A DNA stretch of 64,000 nucleotides from Deltaproteobacteria bacterium (GTDB taxonomy: Bacteria > Desulfobacterota > Binatia > UBA12015): assembly GCA_046583355.1 (NCBI GenBank), contig JAYGCM010000034.1:1-64000 (forward strand), given 5' to 3'. The notes below the pieces were generated by a model that worked only from the letters and a program-made list of their open reading frames with translations, did not search any database and was not told the origin of the DNA. The translations under genes were made by a program, and so were the position numbers. Below are positions 18,454 to 31,279 of this stretch, piece after piece (the first letter of the stretch is position 1; each line of letters opens with the position of its first letter).

Positions 18454-19299
18454 ATGGACGAAATCCGCGAATGGATAGAGCAATCGCCCTACTGCAAATA
18501 TCTGGGCATTCGCCTCGATCATCTCGATGAAAAAAGCGCGCGCCTCATTCTTCCCTATCAGGATGAAAACTCGAATCCGGGCAACGCATTGCACGGCGGC
18601 TGCGCCGCTTCGCTCGGCGCCATCGGCGGCCAGGCGGTGGCGCGTGCGGCCCTCGGCCCGGAGTCCGGCCCCTGGCATAACGCCCAGATGCAGGTGAGTT
18701 ATCTGGCCGCGGCCATCGGCGAAGATGTGATTGCGGAAGCCGAGCTACTGCGCCGCGGCAAAGAACTCTGTTTCGTTTCGATCATCGTCAAGACGACAGA
18801 AGGAAAACCGATCGCGAGCATCACGACGACCGTGCGGGGGCGGATGGGCGCTGCGCCGGCAGAGACCAGCACCACCGCGGGGGATCATGGCGAAAGCGAA
18901 CCGGGCGAAATGGGCCCCCATATCGGCATGGTCCCGTTCATTGGTAATCGCGGCATTTCCGTCGAGCATATGACCGGCGGCACGTCGCGACTCATCATGC
19001 CTTTTGCAGAGAACAACACCGACCTCGCGGGCGGAGTCCACGAGGGCGCCGTGTTGGCACTTCTCGACACGACGGGAGCCATGGGGTCCTGGGCCGAGTC
19101 TGGTCCGGGCCCTTACCGGGCCTCGACCGTCTCCATGCAACTCCAGAACCTTGCGCCCGCCCCGCAGGCCGATCTAGTCGCGTACGGCCGCTGCGTGCAA
19201 CGCGACGGCGCAATCTTCTGGACCGATGTCGAGGTGGCAGGCGCCACCGATGGCCGTGTCGTGGCCCGCGGCACCGTTCTTTATCGAATTCTCACCTGA
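18454..19299 (+). CDS. Tandem hotdog-fold PaaI-family thioesterase
   Basis: Two repeats: NPGNALHGGCAASL and NTDLAGGVHEGAVLALLD. Confidence 0.88.
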   Translation: MDEIREWIEQSPYCKYLGIRLDHLDEKSARLILPYQDENSNPGNALHGGCAASLGAIGGQAVARAALGPESGPWHNAQMQVSYLAAAIGEDVIAEAELLRRGKELCFVSIIVKTTEGKPIASITTTVRGRMGAAPAETSTTAGDHGESEPGEMGPHIGMVPFIGNRGISVEHMTGGTSRLIMPFAENNTDLAGGVHEGAVLALLDTTGAMGSWAESGPGPYRASTVSMQLQNLAPAPQADLVAYGRCVQRDGAIFWTDVEVAGATDGRVVARGTVLYRILT

Positions 19300-19307
19300 C
19301 GAGATCG

Positions 19308-20744
19308 CTAGGGTAGCGCGGCGGCGTCGAAGAGGCCGAGTTGCCGGGTTTCGGCTTCGGTATCTACCGCGACCGGGTAGCGGTCGGTGAAACAGGCGTC
19401 GCAGTATGTGCAGGAGTTTTCAGGTTTGTCCTCGAAGGCATAGAGGCCCTCGTGGGAGAGGTAGGAGAGCGAGTCGGCACCGATTTCCTGGCGAATCTCC
19501 TCGACGGTTTTGGAAGAAGCAACAAGCTCGCCGCGCGTGGGCGTGTCCACGCCGTAATAGCAGGGGCCGATGGTCGGCGGTGCACAGATTCGCATATGAA
19601 CCTCGGCGGCCCCGGCGTTGCGCATCATGGTGACAATCTTTTTGCTTGTAGTACCGCGCACAAGCGAATCGTCCACCACCACGACTCGCTTGCCCTTGAG
19701 GATCTCGCGCACGGCATTGAGTTTCACCCGGACGCCGAAGTGGCGGATGGAATCGGTCGGTTCAATGAAGGTGCGGCCGACATAATGGTTGCGGATGATG
19801 CCGAGTTCGTAGGGGATGCCAGCCTCCTGGGCGTAGCCCAGCGCTGCGGGTACACCCGAGTCGGGAACCGGAATCACAAGGTCGGCATCGACCATACTCT
19901 CGCGTGCGAGCTGACGGCCCAATGCGCGGCGAACAGTATAAACCGTACGACCGAAGACCTGGCTATCGGGACGGGCGAAATAGACGTACTCGAAGACGCA
20001 GCGGCGTGGCTCGGCTGATTTGAGCGGGTGCAGCGAGCGCACGCCGGCTTTATCGATGACCAGAACTTCGCCCGGCTCTACCTCGCGGACGTATTCGGCG
20101 CCGATCAGGTCGAGTGCGCAGGTCTCGGAGACCACGACGTGGGTGCCCTTATCGCGTACGAAGCCCAGCACCAGTGGCCGGAAACCATGCGGGTCGCGCA
20201 CGGCAATCAGCTGATCTCGGGCAAGAAAGACCATGGAATAGGCGCCGCGCACATGACCGAGCGCATCGATCAGGCGATCCAGAAGGGGCCCTTTCGCGCT
20301 CTGCGCGATCAGATGGATCACGACCTCCGTGTCGGAATTCGACTGGAAGATCGAGCCCTTTTCTTCGAGTTCGCGGCGCAATTCGATGGCGTTGACGAGG
20401 TTTCCGTTATGCGCCACGGCCAGCGGCCCACCGGCGTATTCCACCACCAGTGGTTGTGCGTTCTTGAGCGCCGTTTCGCCGTGGGTGGCGTAGCGGTTGT
20501 GGCCGATCGCAGCACTGCCTTCGAGGCGCTTGATGATCTCGGGATGAAAAATATCGGCCACCAGGCCCAGGCCTCGGTGGGTGATCAGCGCATCGCCGCG
20601 CGAAGAGACGATACCGGCCGATTCCTGCCCGCGATGCTGCAACGCATAAAGCGCGAGGTAGGCGAGATTGGACGCCTCCGGGTGTCCGAAGACCCCGACA
20701 ACTCCGCATTCCTCGTGAAACCGATCTTCGTCCGGTGCAAACAT
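19308..20744 (-). CDS. purF: Amidophosphoribosyltransferase
   Basis: [60 protein letters not shown]. Confidence 0.97.
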   Translation of the reverse strand: MFAPDEDRFHEECGVVGVFGHPEASNLAYLALYALQHRGQESAGIVSSRGDALITHRGLGLVADIFHPEIIKRLEGSAAIGHNRYATHGETALKNAQPLVVEYAGGPLAVAHNGNLVNAIELRRELEEKGSIFQSNSDTEVVIHLIAQSAKGPLLDRLIDALGHVRGAYSMVFLARDQLIAVRDPHGFRPLVLGFVRDKGTHVVVSETCALDLIGAEYVREVEPGEVLVIDKAGVRSLHPLKSAEPRRCVFEYVYFARPDSQVFGRTVYTVRRALGRQLARESMVDADLVIPVPDSGVPAALGYAQEAGIPYELGIIRNHYVGRTFIEPTDSIRHFGVRVKLNAVREILKGKRVVVVDDSLVRGTTSKKIVTMMRNAGAAEVHMRICAPPTIGPCYYGVDTPTRGELVASSKTVEEIRQEIGADSLSYLSHEGLYAFEDKPENSCTYCDACFTDRYPVAVDTEAETRQLGLFDAAALP

Positions 20745-20761
20745 GAGTAGAAACCTTCGCG

Positions 20762-22693
20762 CTATTCGATGATGGGGGCGTCCCAGGCGGCCTCGAGTGC
20801 CGCAAGAGAGAGGTTCAGCAGGCTCCCAACCTCTAGCACATCGCCACCGACCTCGCCGATCACCCGCAAGGGAACATCGAGGCGAATTGCGCTGTCGCGT
20901 AATTCGGCCAGTGATTCGCGGTCCAGGCTCAACAGCATCCGCGCCTGACTTTCACCGAAAAGCCACGCATCCGGGCGCATCCCTTCTTCGCTATCGATCC
21001 GCGCACCCAACCGCGGCACGCCCGCAGGTGCACCACAGCAGGCCTCCACCAGAGTAATGCCCAGACCGCCGGCCGATAGATCATGCGCGCTATGCAGCAG
21101 TCCACGTGCGCACGCCGAGCGCACGAGATCCTGGAGCCTGCGCTCGGCGCCGAGGTCAACCCAGGGCGGCATGCCCTCGCGCAAGCCGTGGTAGAAGGCC
21201 GCATAGGCGCTGCCGCCGACCTCCTCATGCGAGTGGCCCAATAATACGATCAAGTCGCCGCTTACGCGGAACCAGGGCAGCAGAAAGTCATCCGCGACCG
21301 GGCGCCCCAGCGCCAAGACGGTCGGGACGGCGTCGTCGCCGCTGCCCGCACGGGCCAATTCGATGGTCGTACCCAAGGCATCTGCCGCGTGGCGCAGGCC
21401 ATCATAGACCAAGGAAGCCATCGGCGGGCCCTCGCCGGGAATCGTCACCGCCACGCCAAGGCTCTCGGCGCCTACGGCCGTCAAGTTTCGCGTAGCCTCG
21501 ACGACCGCCAGGCAGGCCCCGATATAGGGATCCAGAGCAGAGAAGCGTGCGGCGGAGTCGACCGATGCGACCAGCAGGTCGCGTGGGCCACCCACTACAA
21601 AAGCGCCCGCGTCGGCACCCGGCGCGATCCGTACCGACGCATGCTCGCGCCGAGCGAAGCGCGCAAAAATCGGCCGGCGTGAGCGCAGCACCGGCGTCGC
21701 GAGCAATTTTTGCAGGGCCTCCCCATAATCGGCCGGTTCGGGAAACTCAGCGATATGCAATTCGGTGGGTTCGTCCTCTGCGTCTTCAACCGACGCTGCC
21801 TGACTGCCGCGACGCAAATCTTCGGGAGAGAAAACCAGCAACCCCTCGCCCAGACCTACAATCTCGAGTTTCGGATCGCCCAGGACGACACCCACCTCCA
21901 GGCCGCTGAGTCCTTCAGGCAGTCCGCCCTCCCCGACCGAAACGAGAAACTCCAGGGGGGCCGGTGTGGTCAGATCAGAGCCTTCGGTCCCCCAGCGAGC
22001 CGCATCGAGACGCAGGCCGCAAGCAGCCGTTTCGATCCAATCGGCCGCACCGATCAGCGCGCCATCGGCACAGCTGCCAACGAAACAAAGTGCCCCGGCC
22101 TCGTATTGCGCGCGCAGGCAGGCGGCCAGAGCCTTCTGGGCCTCGGCGAGTGCCTGCCCTGCAAGATCAGTCAGGCAGAGGCGAAAGACGCGGTCGCCCG
22201 GCTGGCCGCGTTGCTCCTCTTCGAGCGAATGGCTGCGAGCGAGTACACCAACCAGGAAAAGCGAGACTGCTGGACTCACACCCGCGACGTGCGCGATCTC
22301 GCCGGCGAAGACCGGAATCTCCAATCGCTCGGCGTGGTCGGCCAGCGCGCGGACGATGGTATCGCGGGCCCGCGCAGCGCCGGGGTCTTCGAGTTCGGCG
22401 ATGCGGATGCCGTCGAAGAGCGCCGCAGGCTCGGCACCGCGCGCCGCCAACTCGATCATCAAGGCTCCGAGACGTTGCGGGAGCTTCTCCTCCAACGCCG
22501 CACCGCTCTCCTCGCCCAAGGCCATGAGCACGCGCGCGCCCTGGTCGAGCCGGAAGCCATTGGCAGCAAACGAACCGCGCGCCTCGCAAGCCGGTGTCTC
22601 CAACCAACGTCGCCGCCCGCGGCGCAAAAGCGTCTCGCGCAGCGGCTCTGCGGCGGCCCGCAGCGGGCTGTCGGTCTCGCTTTCTTCTCTCAT
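20762..22693 (-). CDS. Degenerate PurL (FGAM synthase II) homolog, probable pseudoenzyme
   Basis: C-terminal half is PurL-like ([42 protein letters not shown]). SEHCS, ESHNHPS, QDMGAAG, SESQERM, LNFGNP and GGNVS are absent. Confidence 0.8.
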   Translation of the reverse strand: MREESETDSPLRAAAEPLRETLLRRGRRRWLETPACEARGSFAANGFRLDQGARVLMALGEESGAALEEKLPQRLGALMIELAARGAEPAALFDGIRIAELEDPGAARARDTIVRALADHAERLEIPVFAGEIAHVAGVSPAVSLFLVGVLARSHSLEEEQRGQPGDRVFRLCLTDLAGQALAEAQKALAACLRAQYEAGALCFVGSCADGALIGAADWIETAACGLRLDAARWGTEGSDLTTPAPLEFLVSVGEGGLPEGLSGLEVGVVLGDPKLEIVGLGEGLLVFSPEDLRRGSQAASVEDAEDEPTELHIAEFPEPADYGEALQKLLATPVLRSRRPIFARFARREHASVRIAPGADAGAFVVGGPRDLLVASVDSAARFSALDPYIGACLAVVEATRNLTAVGAESLGVAVTIPGEGPPMASLVYDGLRHAADALGTTIELARAGSGDDAVPTVLALGRPVADDFLLPWFRVSGDLIVLLGHSHEEVGGSAYAAFYHGLREGMPPWVDLGAERRLQDLVRSACARGLLHSAHDLSAGGLGITLVEACCGAPAGVPRLGARIDSEEGMRPDAWLFGESQARMLLSLDRESLAELRDSAIRLDVPLRVIGEVGGDVLEVGSLLNLSLAALEAAWDAPIIE

Positions 22694-22711
22694 GCGAATC
22701 GCCTCGCTTGC

Positions 22712-23239
22712 TCAGCGGTCGCGCGAGCCGGGTTCGCGGCCCTGTGGTCCGGCGCCGCCAGGTTCTCCGCTGGTTCCCGTATGCCCGAAACCTCCACTGC
22801 CGCGCTCGGTTGCGGTCTCGGTCGGTGCCATACCGCCTTCGCTCTCGAGAACACGCCAGACGATTTGCGCGACGGGAGCCACCACCAATTGCGCAATGCG
22901 CGCCAATGGCTCGATAGTAAAGCTCTCTTTTCCGTGGTGAATAAGCGCCACCTTGATCTCACCGCGGTAATCCGAATCGATTGTGCCGGGGGAATTCAAC
23001 ACGGTGATGCCAACCCGCACGGCCAGACCGCTGCGCGGCCGGACCTGTCCTTCAAAGCCAGGCTGTAGCGCGATGCCGATGCCCGTCGGGATCAGCACGC
23101 GGTCACCGGGCGCGATGACCAAAGGAGCCGCAAGCGCGGCGCAGAGATCCATCCCTACCGCGCCCTCTGTCATATAGCGCGGCAGCGCAACAGCGACGGC
23201 GCCGATGCGCCAGATGCCGGTGCTCAGACCTTCCTGCAC
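22712..23239 (-). CDS. dut: dUTP diphosphatase
   Basis: [42 protein letters not shown] (all five motifs). Confidence 0.97.
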   Translation of the reverse strand: MQEGLSTGIWRIGAVAVALPRYMTEGAVGMDLCAALAAPLVIAPGDRVLIPTGIGIALQPGFEGQVRPRSGLAVRVGITVLNSPGTIDSDYRGEIKVALIHHGKESFTIEPLARIAQLVVAPVAQIVWRVLESEGGMAPTETATERGSGGFGHTGTSGEPGGAGPQGREPGSRDR

Positions 23240-23248
23240 GGGCCCCTC

Positions 23249-24523
23249 CTAGGTCAATCGCAGGGCGGCTTCGGGTACCGCGCCGTCTTCGAGGCGCCCG
23301 AGGAGCGAAACAAGAAGGTCCTGGCTGCCGAAGAAATGATCGGTGAGTTCACGAATCGCGGTCGCATCGACTGCATCGATCCGGGCTGCAATTTCGTCGA
23401 TCGGTACGACTCGGCCATAATGGATCTGGTTTACGGCCAAGCGCCGCATACGGCTGGAGCAACTCTCCAGACTCAGGAGAATATGGCCCTTGATCTGGCT
23501 TTTGGCGCGGGCCAGTTCCTCGTCGGTCAAGCCGTTATCGCGCAACGAGATCATTTCATCGCGGACGATCTCCACTACCTCCGCAACCGACTCGGCACGC
23601 AGAGCGGCGTAGACGCTCATCGAGCCGACATTTTCGGTCAAGTCGAGGAATGAATAAATACTGTAGGCTTTGCCACGCTTCTCGCGGACTTCCTGGAAGA
23701 GGCGCGAGCTCATGCCCTCGCCAAAGGCCGTATTGAGGACAAAGGCGGCAAAGCGGCGATCGTCCTTGCTCGAGAGTCCCGGTACGCCCATCAGCAATTG
23801 CACCTGCTCGAGGTCACGTTTGTGGATATGCAGGCCGCTGGCGGTATCCGGCACCAGTAAATCCGGCGCGGTGGTCTGCCCCGAGAGTCCGCTTAAAGCA
23901 GTCTCGGCCCAGGCGACCAATTCGCTATGTTCTACTGCGCCGGCGGCGGCGATCACGATGCGATCGGCGCGGTAACGCGCCGCAATGAACTTCACGAAAT
24001 CCTCGCGCTGCATGCCGCTGACGGTTTCGGGAGTACCGCAGATCGGGCGACTCAGTGCATGTCCCGGCCACAAGGCAGCGTCGAAAAGCTGGTGCGCCTG
24101 CGCGTCGGGGGAATCTTCGGTCTCGGCGATCTCCGAGAGAATGACAGTTCGTTCTTTTTCGATCTCCTCTGCCGGGAAAGTCGAATGGCAGAAGACGTCT
24201 CCGAGAACATCGAGAGCGAGCGGCAGGTCCTCGCCCAGGACGCGGGCGTGGTAGCAGGTCAACTCACGACCGGTGAAGGCATTGAGCATGCCGCCGACGG
24301 CTTCGATTTCCTCGGCGATCTTGCGCGCATCGCGGCGCGTCGTTCCCTTGAAGAAAATATGCTCAAGGAAATGGGAGACTCCGTTCTCTTCGGCGGTCTC
24401 ATAACGAGAGCCGTTCTCCACCCAGATTCCGATCGTTGCCGATCGGAACTGGGGGATTTTCTCCGAGAGAACGCGAACCCCGTTCGCAAGAACGGTGCTC
24501 TGGACGCCTCCGTCCACACTCAC
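23249..24523 (-). CDS. M16 (pitrilysin-family) zinc peptidase
   Basis: GSRYE, HFLEH inverted zinc motif, [19 protein letters not shown]; pnp-M16-dut synteny. Confidence 0.95.
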   Translation of the reverse strand: MSVDGGVQSTVLANGVRVLSEKIPQFRSATIGIWVENGSRYETAEENGVSHFLEHIFFKGTTRRDARKIAEEIEAVGGMLNAFTGRELTCYHARVLGEDLPLALDVLGDVFCHSTFPAEEIEKERTVILSEIAETEDSPDAQAHQLFDAALWPGHALSRPICGTPETVSGMQREDFVKFIAARYRADRIVIAAAGAVEHSELVAWAETALSGLSGQTTAPDLLVPDTASGLHIHKRDLEQVQLLMGVPGLSSKDDRRFAAFVLNTAFGEGMSSRLFQEVREKRGKAYSIYSFLDLTENVGSMSVYAALRAESVAEVVEIVRDEMISLRDNGLTDEELARAKSQIKGHILLSLESCSSRMRRLAVNQIHYGRVVPIDEIAARIDAVDATAIRELTDHFFGSQDLLVSLLGRLEDGAVPEAALRLT

Positions 24524-26622
24524 TCCGCTGGCGCTTCGGCCTCGTCCCGCATCGCTTCCTTGCGCGAGAGCCGGATCTTGCCATTGCGGTCTACCTCAAG
24601 CACCTTCACCCGAACCATCTGTCCCTCTTTGAGGACGTCGGTCACATTGGCGATGCGCTCTTCGGAGATCTGCGAGATATGCAGCAAGCCGTCGCGGCCT
24701 GGCAGAACCTCGACGAAGGCACCGAAGTCCATGATCTTGCGGACTTCGCCCTCGTAGATCATGCCGACTTCGGGCTCGGCCGTGATCTCCTTGACGCGAC
24801 GGATCGCATGCTCAAGCGCCGGGCCGTCGGCCGAGGCGATCTGCACGGAGCCGTCATCGGAGACGTCAATCGAACAACCCGTCTCCTCGACGAGGCCACG
24901 AATCACCTTGCCACCTGGGCCGATGATATCGCGGATCTTGTCCACCGGGATCTTCACGATCTCGATTCGCGGTGCAAAGGGCGACATCTCCGGACGGGCA
25001 CTAGCCAATTCCTTGGCCATCTCGGCGAGGATATGAAGCCGGCCGTCACGGGCCTGCTCAACAGCCTTCTGCATGATCTCCTGGGTGACGCCCGCAATCT
25101 TGATGTCCATCTGCAGGGCGGTGATGCCCTCGGCCGTACCGGCGACCTTGAAGTCCATATCGCCGAGATGATCTTCATCGCCGAGGATATCGCTAAGGAT
25201 GGCAATATTGTCACCCTCTTTGATCAACCCCATGGCGATGCCGGCGACGGGTGCCTTGGTCGGCATGCCGGCATCGTTCAATGCCAGCGAACCGCCACAG
25301 ACGGTTGCCATCGAAGAGGAACCGTTGGATTCGAGGATCTCCGAGACGACACGTGCCACATACGGGAACTCGTCCTCGCTCGGCAGCACCGGTGCGAGAG
25401 CGCGCTCGGCGAGCGCGCCGTGGCCGGTGTCGCGACGGCTGGGACCGCGCATGAATTTCACTTCGCCCACGCTGAAGGGGGGGAAGTTATAATGCAGCAT
25501 GAAGCGCTTCTTGAAGTTGCCCATCAAGCCGTCGACGCGCTGCGTATCGCCCGAGGTGCCCAGGGTGGCAATCACAAGAGCTTGGGTCTCGCCGCGTGTG
25601 AAGAGCGCCGAGCCATGCGTCCGCGGCAGTACCGAGGTCTCGCAAGTAATCGGGCGGACCGAGGTGAGGTCGCGGCCGTCGAGGCGTTTATTCTCGTTGA
25701 CGATCATCGAGCGGACGGCGTTGTATTTTACCTTGCCGAAAGCGTCCGAGATCTCGCCGCCGCGGTCCGGGAACTCGCTGGAGAGGGCTTCTTTGGTCTG
25801 TGCTTTGGCCGCGTCGAATTTCGCGTAGCGGGCCATTTTTTCGGGCTCGACCAAGGCGTCGCTCATCAGCGGGCGGGCGACTTCCGTCACCCGGGCCACA
25901 AGCGCGTCGTCGACTTCGATGACCGGGTTGGGACGCTTGGTCTTGCCGACGGCTTCCTGAAGCTCGTCTTGCAGGTCCAGGATCGGCTGCAGGCCGTCAT
26001 GCGCAAAGAAAAGCGCTTCGAGCATTTCGGCGTCAGGGACGATATCGCCGCCACCTTCGACCATGACGATCGCGTCACGGCTACCGGCGACCACGAGGTT
26101 GATATCACCCTCGGCGAGTTGGTCGGCAGTCGGGTTGAGAATCAATTTGCCGTCGACACGGCCGACGCGCACAGCGGCGATCGGTCCGGCGAAGGGAATG
26201 TCCGAGATCGACAAGGCCGCCGAGGCGCCACAGATCGAGACGACATCGGGGTCGACGTCTTTCTCAGCCGAGAGAACGGTCGTGATGACCTGGGTCTCGC
26301 AGCGCCAGCCCTCAGCAAAGAGGGGGCGGATCGGGCGGTCGGTCAGGCGACAAGTGAGAATTTCCTTCTCTGTCGGGCGCCCCTCGCGCTTGAAGAAGCC
26401 ACCGGGGATCTTGCCCGCAGCGTAAGTCTTCTCCTGATATTCAACGGTCAGCGGGAGGAAATCGAATCCCTCACGCGGTTTGGCCTGCGCGGTCGCGGTG
26501 ACCAGAATGACGGTATCGCCATAACGGACCACGACGGCACCACCGGCCTGCTTGGCCATCCGACCGGTTTCGATCGAAAACTGGCGTCCGCCAACTTCTA
26601 CTTCAACTATCTTTTTTTCCAT
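24520..26622 (-). CDS. pnp: Polyribonucleotide nucleotidyltransferase
   Basis: [54 protein letters not shown] and S1 domains. Start at MEKKIV. Confidence 0.98.
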   Translation of the reverse strand: MEKKIVEVEVGGRQFSIETGRMAKQAGGAVVVRYGDTVILVTATAQAKPREGFDFLPLTVEYQEKTYAAGKIPGGFFKREGRPTEKEILTCRLTDRPIRPLFAEGWRCETQVITTVLSAEKDVDPDVVSICGASAALSISDIPFAGPIAAVRVGRVDGKLILNPTADQLAEGDINLVVAGSRDAIVMVEGGGDIVPDAEMLEALFFAHDGLQPILDLQDELQEAVGKTKRPNPVIEVDDALVARVTEVARPLMSDALVEPEKMARYAKFDAAKAQTKEALSSEFPDRGGEISDAFGKVKYNAVRSMIVNENKRLDGRDLTSVRPITCETSVLPRTHGSALFTRGETQALVIATLGTSGDTQRVDGLMGNFKKRFMLHYNFPPFSVGEVKFMRGPSRRDTGHGALAERALAPVLPSEDEFPYVARVVSEILESNGSSSMATVCGGSLALNDAGMPTKAPVAGIAMGLIKEGDNIAILSDILGDEDHLGDMDFKVAGTAEGITALQMDIKIAGVTQEIMQKAVEQARDGRLHILAEMAKELASARPEMSPFAPRIEIVKIPVDKIRDIIGPGGKVIRGLVEETGCSIDVSDDGSVQIASADGPALEHAIRRVKEITAEPEVGMIYEGEVRKIMDFGAFVEVLPGRDGLLHISQISEERIANVTDVLKEGQMVRVKVLEVDRNGKIRLSRKEAMRDEAEAPAE

Positions 26623-26781
26623 ATTACTCTCCTGTCGTGACACATTCTTTGCGACGGGCACGAACCCTGCGAAAGGGCGTCGTCCGGGAAACTCGAGTCC
26701 ACATTTCTCACCCCCAATCCTGCGGCAGGCACCGGGATTGCCAGTGGCTACTTCAGAAGAACGGGATCAGTAAATATGGTT

Positions 26782-27051
26782 TTAGCGGCGGATGCCGAGA
26801 CGCCCGATGAGCGTCTTGTACCGCGCGAGATCCTTGCGCTTCAGGTAGTCGAGAAGACGCCTGCGCTGGCTGACCATCGTGATCAGTCCGCGACGCGAAT
26901 GATGGTCTTTCGCGTGGGTCTTGAAATGTTCGGTCAGACCTTTGATGCGCTCGGTAAGGAGCGCGACCTGGACCTCCGGGGTTGCGGTATCTTTCTCGTG
27001 GGCACGGAAACCCTCAACGACTTCCGCTATTTGAGCTGTAGCCAACGCCAC
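26782..27051 (-). CDS. rpsO: 30S ribosomal protein S15
   Basis: [30 protein letters not shown]. Confidence 0.98.
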   Translation of the reverse strand: MALATAQIAEVVEGFRAHEKDTATPEVQVALLTERIKGLTEHFKTHAKDHHSRRGLITMVSQRRRLLDYLKRKDLARYKTLIGRLGIRR

Positions 27052-27090
27052 TTCAATGATTCCTTTTCTTTTCCATTGTTCGGCCTCTCG

Positions 27091-28008
27091 CTAACATCGG
27101 GATTCCGGCCTGTAAAGCTCGCTGGCCTGTGGATAGAGCATTCGTCGCAAGACCCAGCCCTCGCCATCGCGGTCCGCGATGGCGAGCAAAGCGTTATCTG
27201 GTGCGATCAGGGCCACCCGCGGTGAATCGGTCGGCCCGGCAAAATCGCGCAGGCTTCCTTTGCGCCCGACGGCCAGCGCATAGGCCAGTTCAGCGCTCAC
27301 TTTTTGCGACGGGATGGTACGCAGCGCCTCAGTCGGTGTCAGCACGGGCAACGCACCGACCGCGCAGGCCTCGAGCGCCTCCATGGTATGGCTCTCCGCC
27401 TCGCCGAAGGGGCCAAAGCGGGTTCGCCGCAACGACGCCAGAGTAGCAGGACAGCCCAAGGCGGCGCCGATTTCTTCGGCGAGCACGCGAATATAAGTCC
27501 CCTTGGAGCAATCCACCGAGAAGCGCACGCGATCTGTGGTCGACCCGGGCCTCAGCGTGATCTGGTCGATCCGGATCAGCCGGGCCTTGCGCTCGACCTC
27601 GATTCCGGCGCGCGCCAGTTTGTAGAGTTCCTGGCCGCCGATCTTGACGGCCGAGTACATCGGCGGCGTCTGCAGGCGCTCGCCATGGAGTTCGGCGGCC
27701 AATTGCGCCAGCCTCGCCGCATCGAATTCCGGCACAGGGCCGCGTGCCGTCTCCTGGCCCGTGATGTCCAGGGTATCGGTTGCCAGGCCGAGGAGAATCT
27801 CGCCGCAATAGGCTTTGTCGGCCGCGTCGAGAAATTGGGCGATCTTGGTGCCGCCGTCGATACAGAGCGGCAGCACGCCGGTCGCCATCGGGTCCAAGGT
27901 GCCGAGATGGCCGATCTTGCGCAGGCGGTGGCGCCGTTTGAGAATCCGCACGATGCCAGCCGAGGTCTCCCCTGCCGGTTTGTCGGCCAGCAGAATCCCG
28001 TCAGGCAT
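27091..28008 (-). CDS. truB: tRNA pseudouridine(55) synthase
   Basis: DKPAG, GHLGTLDPMATGVL, QTPPMYSAVK, CSKGTYIR. Confidence 0.97.
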   Translation of the reverse strand: MPDGILLADKPAGETSAGIVRILKRRHRLRKIGHLGTLDPMATGVLPLCIDGGTKIAQFLDAADKAYCGEILLGLATDTLDITGQETARGPVPEFDAARLAQLAAELHGERLQTPPMYSAVKIGGQELYKLARAGIEVERKARLIRIDQITLRPGSTTDRVRFSVDCSKGTYIRVLAEEIGAALGCPATLASLRRTRFGPFGEAESHTMEALEACAVGALPVLTPTEALRTIPSQKVSAELAYALAVGRKGSLRDFAGPTDSPRVALIAPDNALLAIADRDGEGWVLRRMLYPQASELYRPESRC

Positions 28009-28462
28009 CGCTCTCGTCCTCGTATTCGTCCTCGTATCCGTCCTCGCCCTCGACTGGGTCGTTCAGGGACGCGGGACGGGTCTCGCGCAGCAGCGTATCA
28101 ATGCGACGCGCCTCTTCCATTTCCTCGTCATAGAAAAAGCGCAGCGCCGGGGTGTAGCGGAGCTGCATCGTGCGAGCGAGATGGCGACGCAGGAAAGGCG
28201 CCGCCCGGATCAGACCAGCCAGAGAGTCCGCGCGCACGCCGCGTTCCTCGGTAAGGAGCAGGAAATAAACCTTGGCCTGCTTCAAATCGGGCGTAAGCCG
28301 CACCCGCGTGAGGTTCACATCCACCAGGCGCGGGTCGCTCACGCGATGCAACAAAGCCTCGGCGAGGCAGCGCTGCACGCCACCGGAGACCCGGTCGGCA
28401 CGCTTGACCTCAAAGGCACCGGCCTCCGGGTCCATTACACTGCGCTGTCGTCTACGCGCCAC
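28001..28462 (-). CDS. rbfA: Ribosome-binding factor A
   Basis: RADRV, DPRL, LTPDLKQAKVY, LRYTPALRFFYD. Start uncertain. Confidence 0.93.
   Translation of the reverse strand: MARRRQRSVMDPEAGAFEVKRADRVSGGVQRCLAEALLHRVSDPRLVDVNLTRVRLTPDLKQAKVYFLLLTEERGVRADSLAGLIRAAPFLRRHLARTMQLRYTPALRFFYDEEMEEARRIDTLLRETRPASLNDPVEGEDGYEDEYEDESDA
28014..28049. repeat. 12-bp tandem repeat x3 encoding the acidic RbfA tail
   Basis: tcgtcctcgtat tcgtcctcgtat ccgtcctcgccc; encodes GEDG YEDE YEDE. Confidence 0.7.
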
Positions 28463-28482
28463 GGTCGGTCCCGCCTATCCGC

Positions 28483-31275
28483 TCAGGCGGCGCCGCCGGA
28501 GACATGCGGCGGGTTGGCTTCGGCTGTCGGCTCAAGCTTGCGGGCCACTTCCTCGACCTCGTAGACCTCGATGACATCGCCCGGCTTCACGTCCGAGAAG
28601 CCCTCGATCCCGATGCCGCATTCGTAGCCACGCAGCACTTCGCGCGCGTCGTCCTTGAAGCGACGCAAGCTGCCGATCTTGCCCTCGTGCACGACAGCAT
28701 GGTCGCGCAATAGCCGCGCCAGCGCACCGCGCAGAATCTTGCCGTCGGTCACAGTCGAGCCGGCAATCACGCCGGCACCGCGCACGCCGAAGATCTCGCG
28801 AACCTCGGCGCGACCGATGGTTTTCTCGCGCAGCGCCGGTGCCAGCATTCCTTCGAGTGCCTCGCGGACCTCACGAATCGCATCATAGATGATGGTGTAT
28901 AGGCGGATATCGACGCCTACGTCTTCGGCAACCTTGGCGGCCTTGGTTTCGGGTCGGACGTTGAAGCCGATGATAACGGCCTTGGAGGCCGAGGCCAGGA
29001 GGATATCGGATTCTGTCACGCCGCCGACCGAGGAGTGGATCACCTTGACCTGCACCTCTTCGGTAGAGAGGCGTGCGAAGGCTTCGCGCAGGGCATCGAT
29101 CGAACCCTGAACATCGACCTTGAGAACGACGTTGAGCTCTTGCGTCTGGCCCTTCTCGAGCTGCGCGTAGAGGTCGTCCAATGAAATCCTGGAGCTGCGC
29201 GCCAATTCGCTCTCGCGTTGCTTGATCCGCCGATGGTCGGCGATCTGTTTCGCCTTCGACTCGTTCTCCACGACGGCGAACGCATCGCCGGCATCAGGAA
29301 CGCCGTCAAGGCCAAGAATCTCGACAGGTATCGAGGGGCCCGCCGACGTGATCCGATTGCCCTGGAAATCGAGCATCGCGCGCAACTTTCCGTATTGTAA
29401 TCCGACAACGAAAGGCTGCCCGGGCTTGAGGGTGCCTTCCTGGATGAGCACGGTGGCTACCGGGCCACGGCCGCGGTCGAGCTTTGCCTCGACGATGGTG
29501 CCGCGAGCGCGGATCTCGGGGTTGGCCTTGAGTTCCAGCAACTCGGCCTGAAGAAGAACCATCTCCAGGAGGTGGTCGAGGCCTTCGCCGGTTTTCGCGG
29601 AGACCGGACAGATGATGGTATCACCGCCCCAGTCTTCGGGCACCACGCCATGCTCGGAAAGTTTACCCTTGACCCGCTCTACATCGGCTTCTTCGCGGTC
29701 GATTTTATTGATCGCGACGATCATGGGGACCTTGGCGGCGCGGGCATGATTGATCGCTTCGACGGTCTGCGGCATCGGGCCGTCATCGGCCGCGACGACC
29801 AGAATGACGATATCGGTGACCTTGGCACCGCGGGCGCGCATCGCGGTGAAGGCCGCGTGGCCAGGCGTATCGATGAAAGTGATATGACGCTCGCCTACCG
29901 GAACCGAATAGGCACCAATATGCTGCGTGATGCCGCCAGCTTCGCCATCAGCAACCGCGGCCTTGCGGATCTTGTCGAGCACGGAGGTCTTACCGTGATC
30001 GACGTGGCCCATCACCGTAACGACCGGGTCGCGCAGCACGGCTTCGCCGACCGTCTCTTCGGTCTCGGTGCCTTCGATTTCCTTCTCGGCATCGAAGGCG
30101 ACGTTCTCCACCTTGTACTCGAACTCGCCCGCCACCAAAGTGGCATGGTCGACGTCGAGGACCTGATTCACCGTCGCCATCACGCCCATGCCCATGAGCT
30201 GCTTGAGGACCTCGCCGGCCTTCAGGCCCATCGCCTTGGCGAGATCGCCAACGGAGATGGTATCATGCATGCGCACGATGCGTTTGCGCGCCGAGGGCGT
30301 CGTGATCTCGGTGCGACCCTGCTCCTTGCCCGGAGCGGCGCGCCGTTTCTGCGGCCGCCTGCCACGGCGTCGGTCGCCCGCCATGAACGGGTCGAGCTGC
30401 GAGCCGCGGCGGATGATCTTCTTGCCCTTTTTGCGCCGTACGACGCCCGGCGCCACGCCAGGGGTGCCGCCGGGGCCACCGCGCGCTGCGACCGCTCGCG
30501 GCTGGAGTGGCGGCTTGAGCTCGATCTTGCCGAGAACCTGCACTCGTCGCATGCTGTCGTCGAGTTTCGGCGCACTGGGGTCGATATGGGCCGGGTCGTC
30601 AACGGGTGCCGGTGGTGCCGGCGCAGGCTCTGCCGCTTGCGGCGCGGGACTCGGCTCGGGCGTGGCTGGCATACTCGCTTCAACCGGTGTCCCTGCGGCC
30701 TTCGGTGCTTCTGTAGCCTTCTTTCTGGCCTTGGCTTTTCCGGCTTCGGGGGCCTCCGGGGCTGGCTCGGCCTTGGCCTCGGGGGCCGGCTCGGGCTTGA
30801 CCTCGACCGGCGGCGCCGCGAGCGGCGGCAGGTCCGGCAGCAGGCCGCTGGAATCATCGCTGGTGCTCGAGGAAGGCCTCGGCGAGGTGGATACTCCCAT
30901 ATCGGGAAGGTCGATGAGCACGCCATCGCCGCCAGCGGCGGCCGGCGTCACGGCCTTGCGGCCGATTTCGACTCGGCTGCGCCGGCGACGGATCACGTTG
31001 GGGCGCACGCGCGACTCAATCGTGGATTCGCGGGAGGTTACCTCCCCTTGCGCATCACGCTGCGTGACGAGTTTCTCGCGCACGATACGCTCGGTTCCGA
31101 CCGTCGGCTCGATGGATGGGCCGCGGCCCATCCTCTCCGCGAGACGCTCGATCTCGCCTTCCTGCAGGCTGCTCTGCGAGCGCTTGCCCTGGATGCCAAT
31201 GGTATCGAGGCTGGCGATCAGTTCCTTCGATTGAAGGTTCCACTCCTTCGCCAATTGATGAATCCGCTTCGGCAT
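28483..31275 (-). CDS. infB: Translation initiation factor IF-2
   Basis: [12 protein letters not shown]-domain, [33 protein letters not shown]. Start placed at 31275. Confidence 0.98.
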   Translation of the reverse strand: MPKRIHQLAKEWNLQSKELIASLDTIGIQGKRSQSSLQEGEIERLAERMGRGPSIEPTVGTERIVREKLVTQRDAQGEVTSRESTIESRVRPNVIRRRRSRVEIGRKAVTPAAAGGDGVLIDLPDMGVSTSPRPSSSTSDDSSGLLPDLPPLAAPPVEVKPEPAPEAKAEPAPEAPEAGKAKARKKATEAPKAAGTPVEASMPATPEPSPAPQAAEPAPAPPAPVDDPAHIDPSAPKLDDSMRRVQVLGKIELKPPLQPRAVAARGGPGGTPGVAPGVVRRKKGKKIIRRGSQLDPFMAGDRRRGRRPQKRRAAPGKEQGRTEITTPSARKRIVRMHDTISVGDLAKAMGLKAGEVLKQLMGMGVMATVNQVLDVDHATLVAGEFEYKVENVAFDAEKEIEGTETEETVGEAVLRDPVVTVMGHVDHGKTSVLDKIRKAAVADGEAGGITQHIGAYSVPVGERHITFIDTPGHAAFTAMRARGAKVTDIVILVVAADDGPMPQTVEAINHARAAKVPMIVAINKIDREEADVERVKGKLSEHGVVPEDWGGDTIICPVSAKTGEGLDHLLEMVLLQAELLELKANPEIRARGTIVEAKLDRGRGPVATVLIQEGTLKPGQPFVVGLQYGKLRAMLDFQGNRITSAGPSIPVEILGLDGVPDAGDAFAVVENESKAKQIADHRRIKQRESELARSSRISLDDLYAQLEKGQTQELNVVLKVDVQGSIDALREAFARLSTEEVQVKVIHSSVGGVTESDILLASASKAVIIGFNVRPETKAAKVAEDVGVDIRLYTIIYDAIREVREALEGMLAPALREKTIGRAEVREIFGVRGAGVIAGSTVTDGKILRGALARLLRDHAVVHEGKIGSLRRFKDDAREVLRGYECGIGIEGFSDVKPGDVIEVYEVEEVARKLEPTAEANPPHVSGGAA

Positions 31276-31279
31276 GCCT

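Noticed and set aside
24436..26640. Long plus-strand ORFs opposite pnp, infB, nusA, dnaX and leuS (e.g. 734, 697, 565, 510, 540 aa)
   Set aside because: Antisense shadows of high-GC coding genes with no recognisable motifs.
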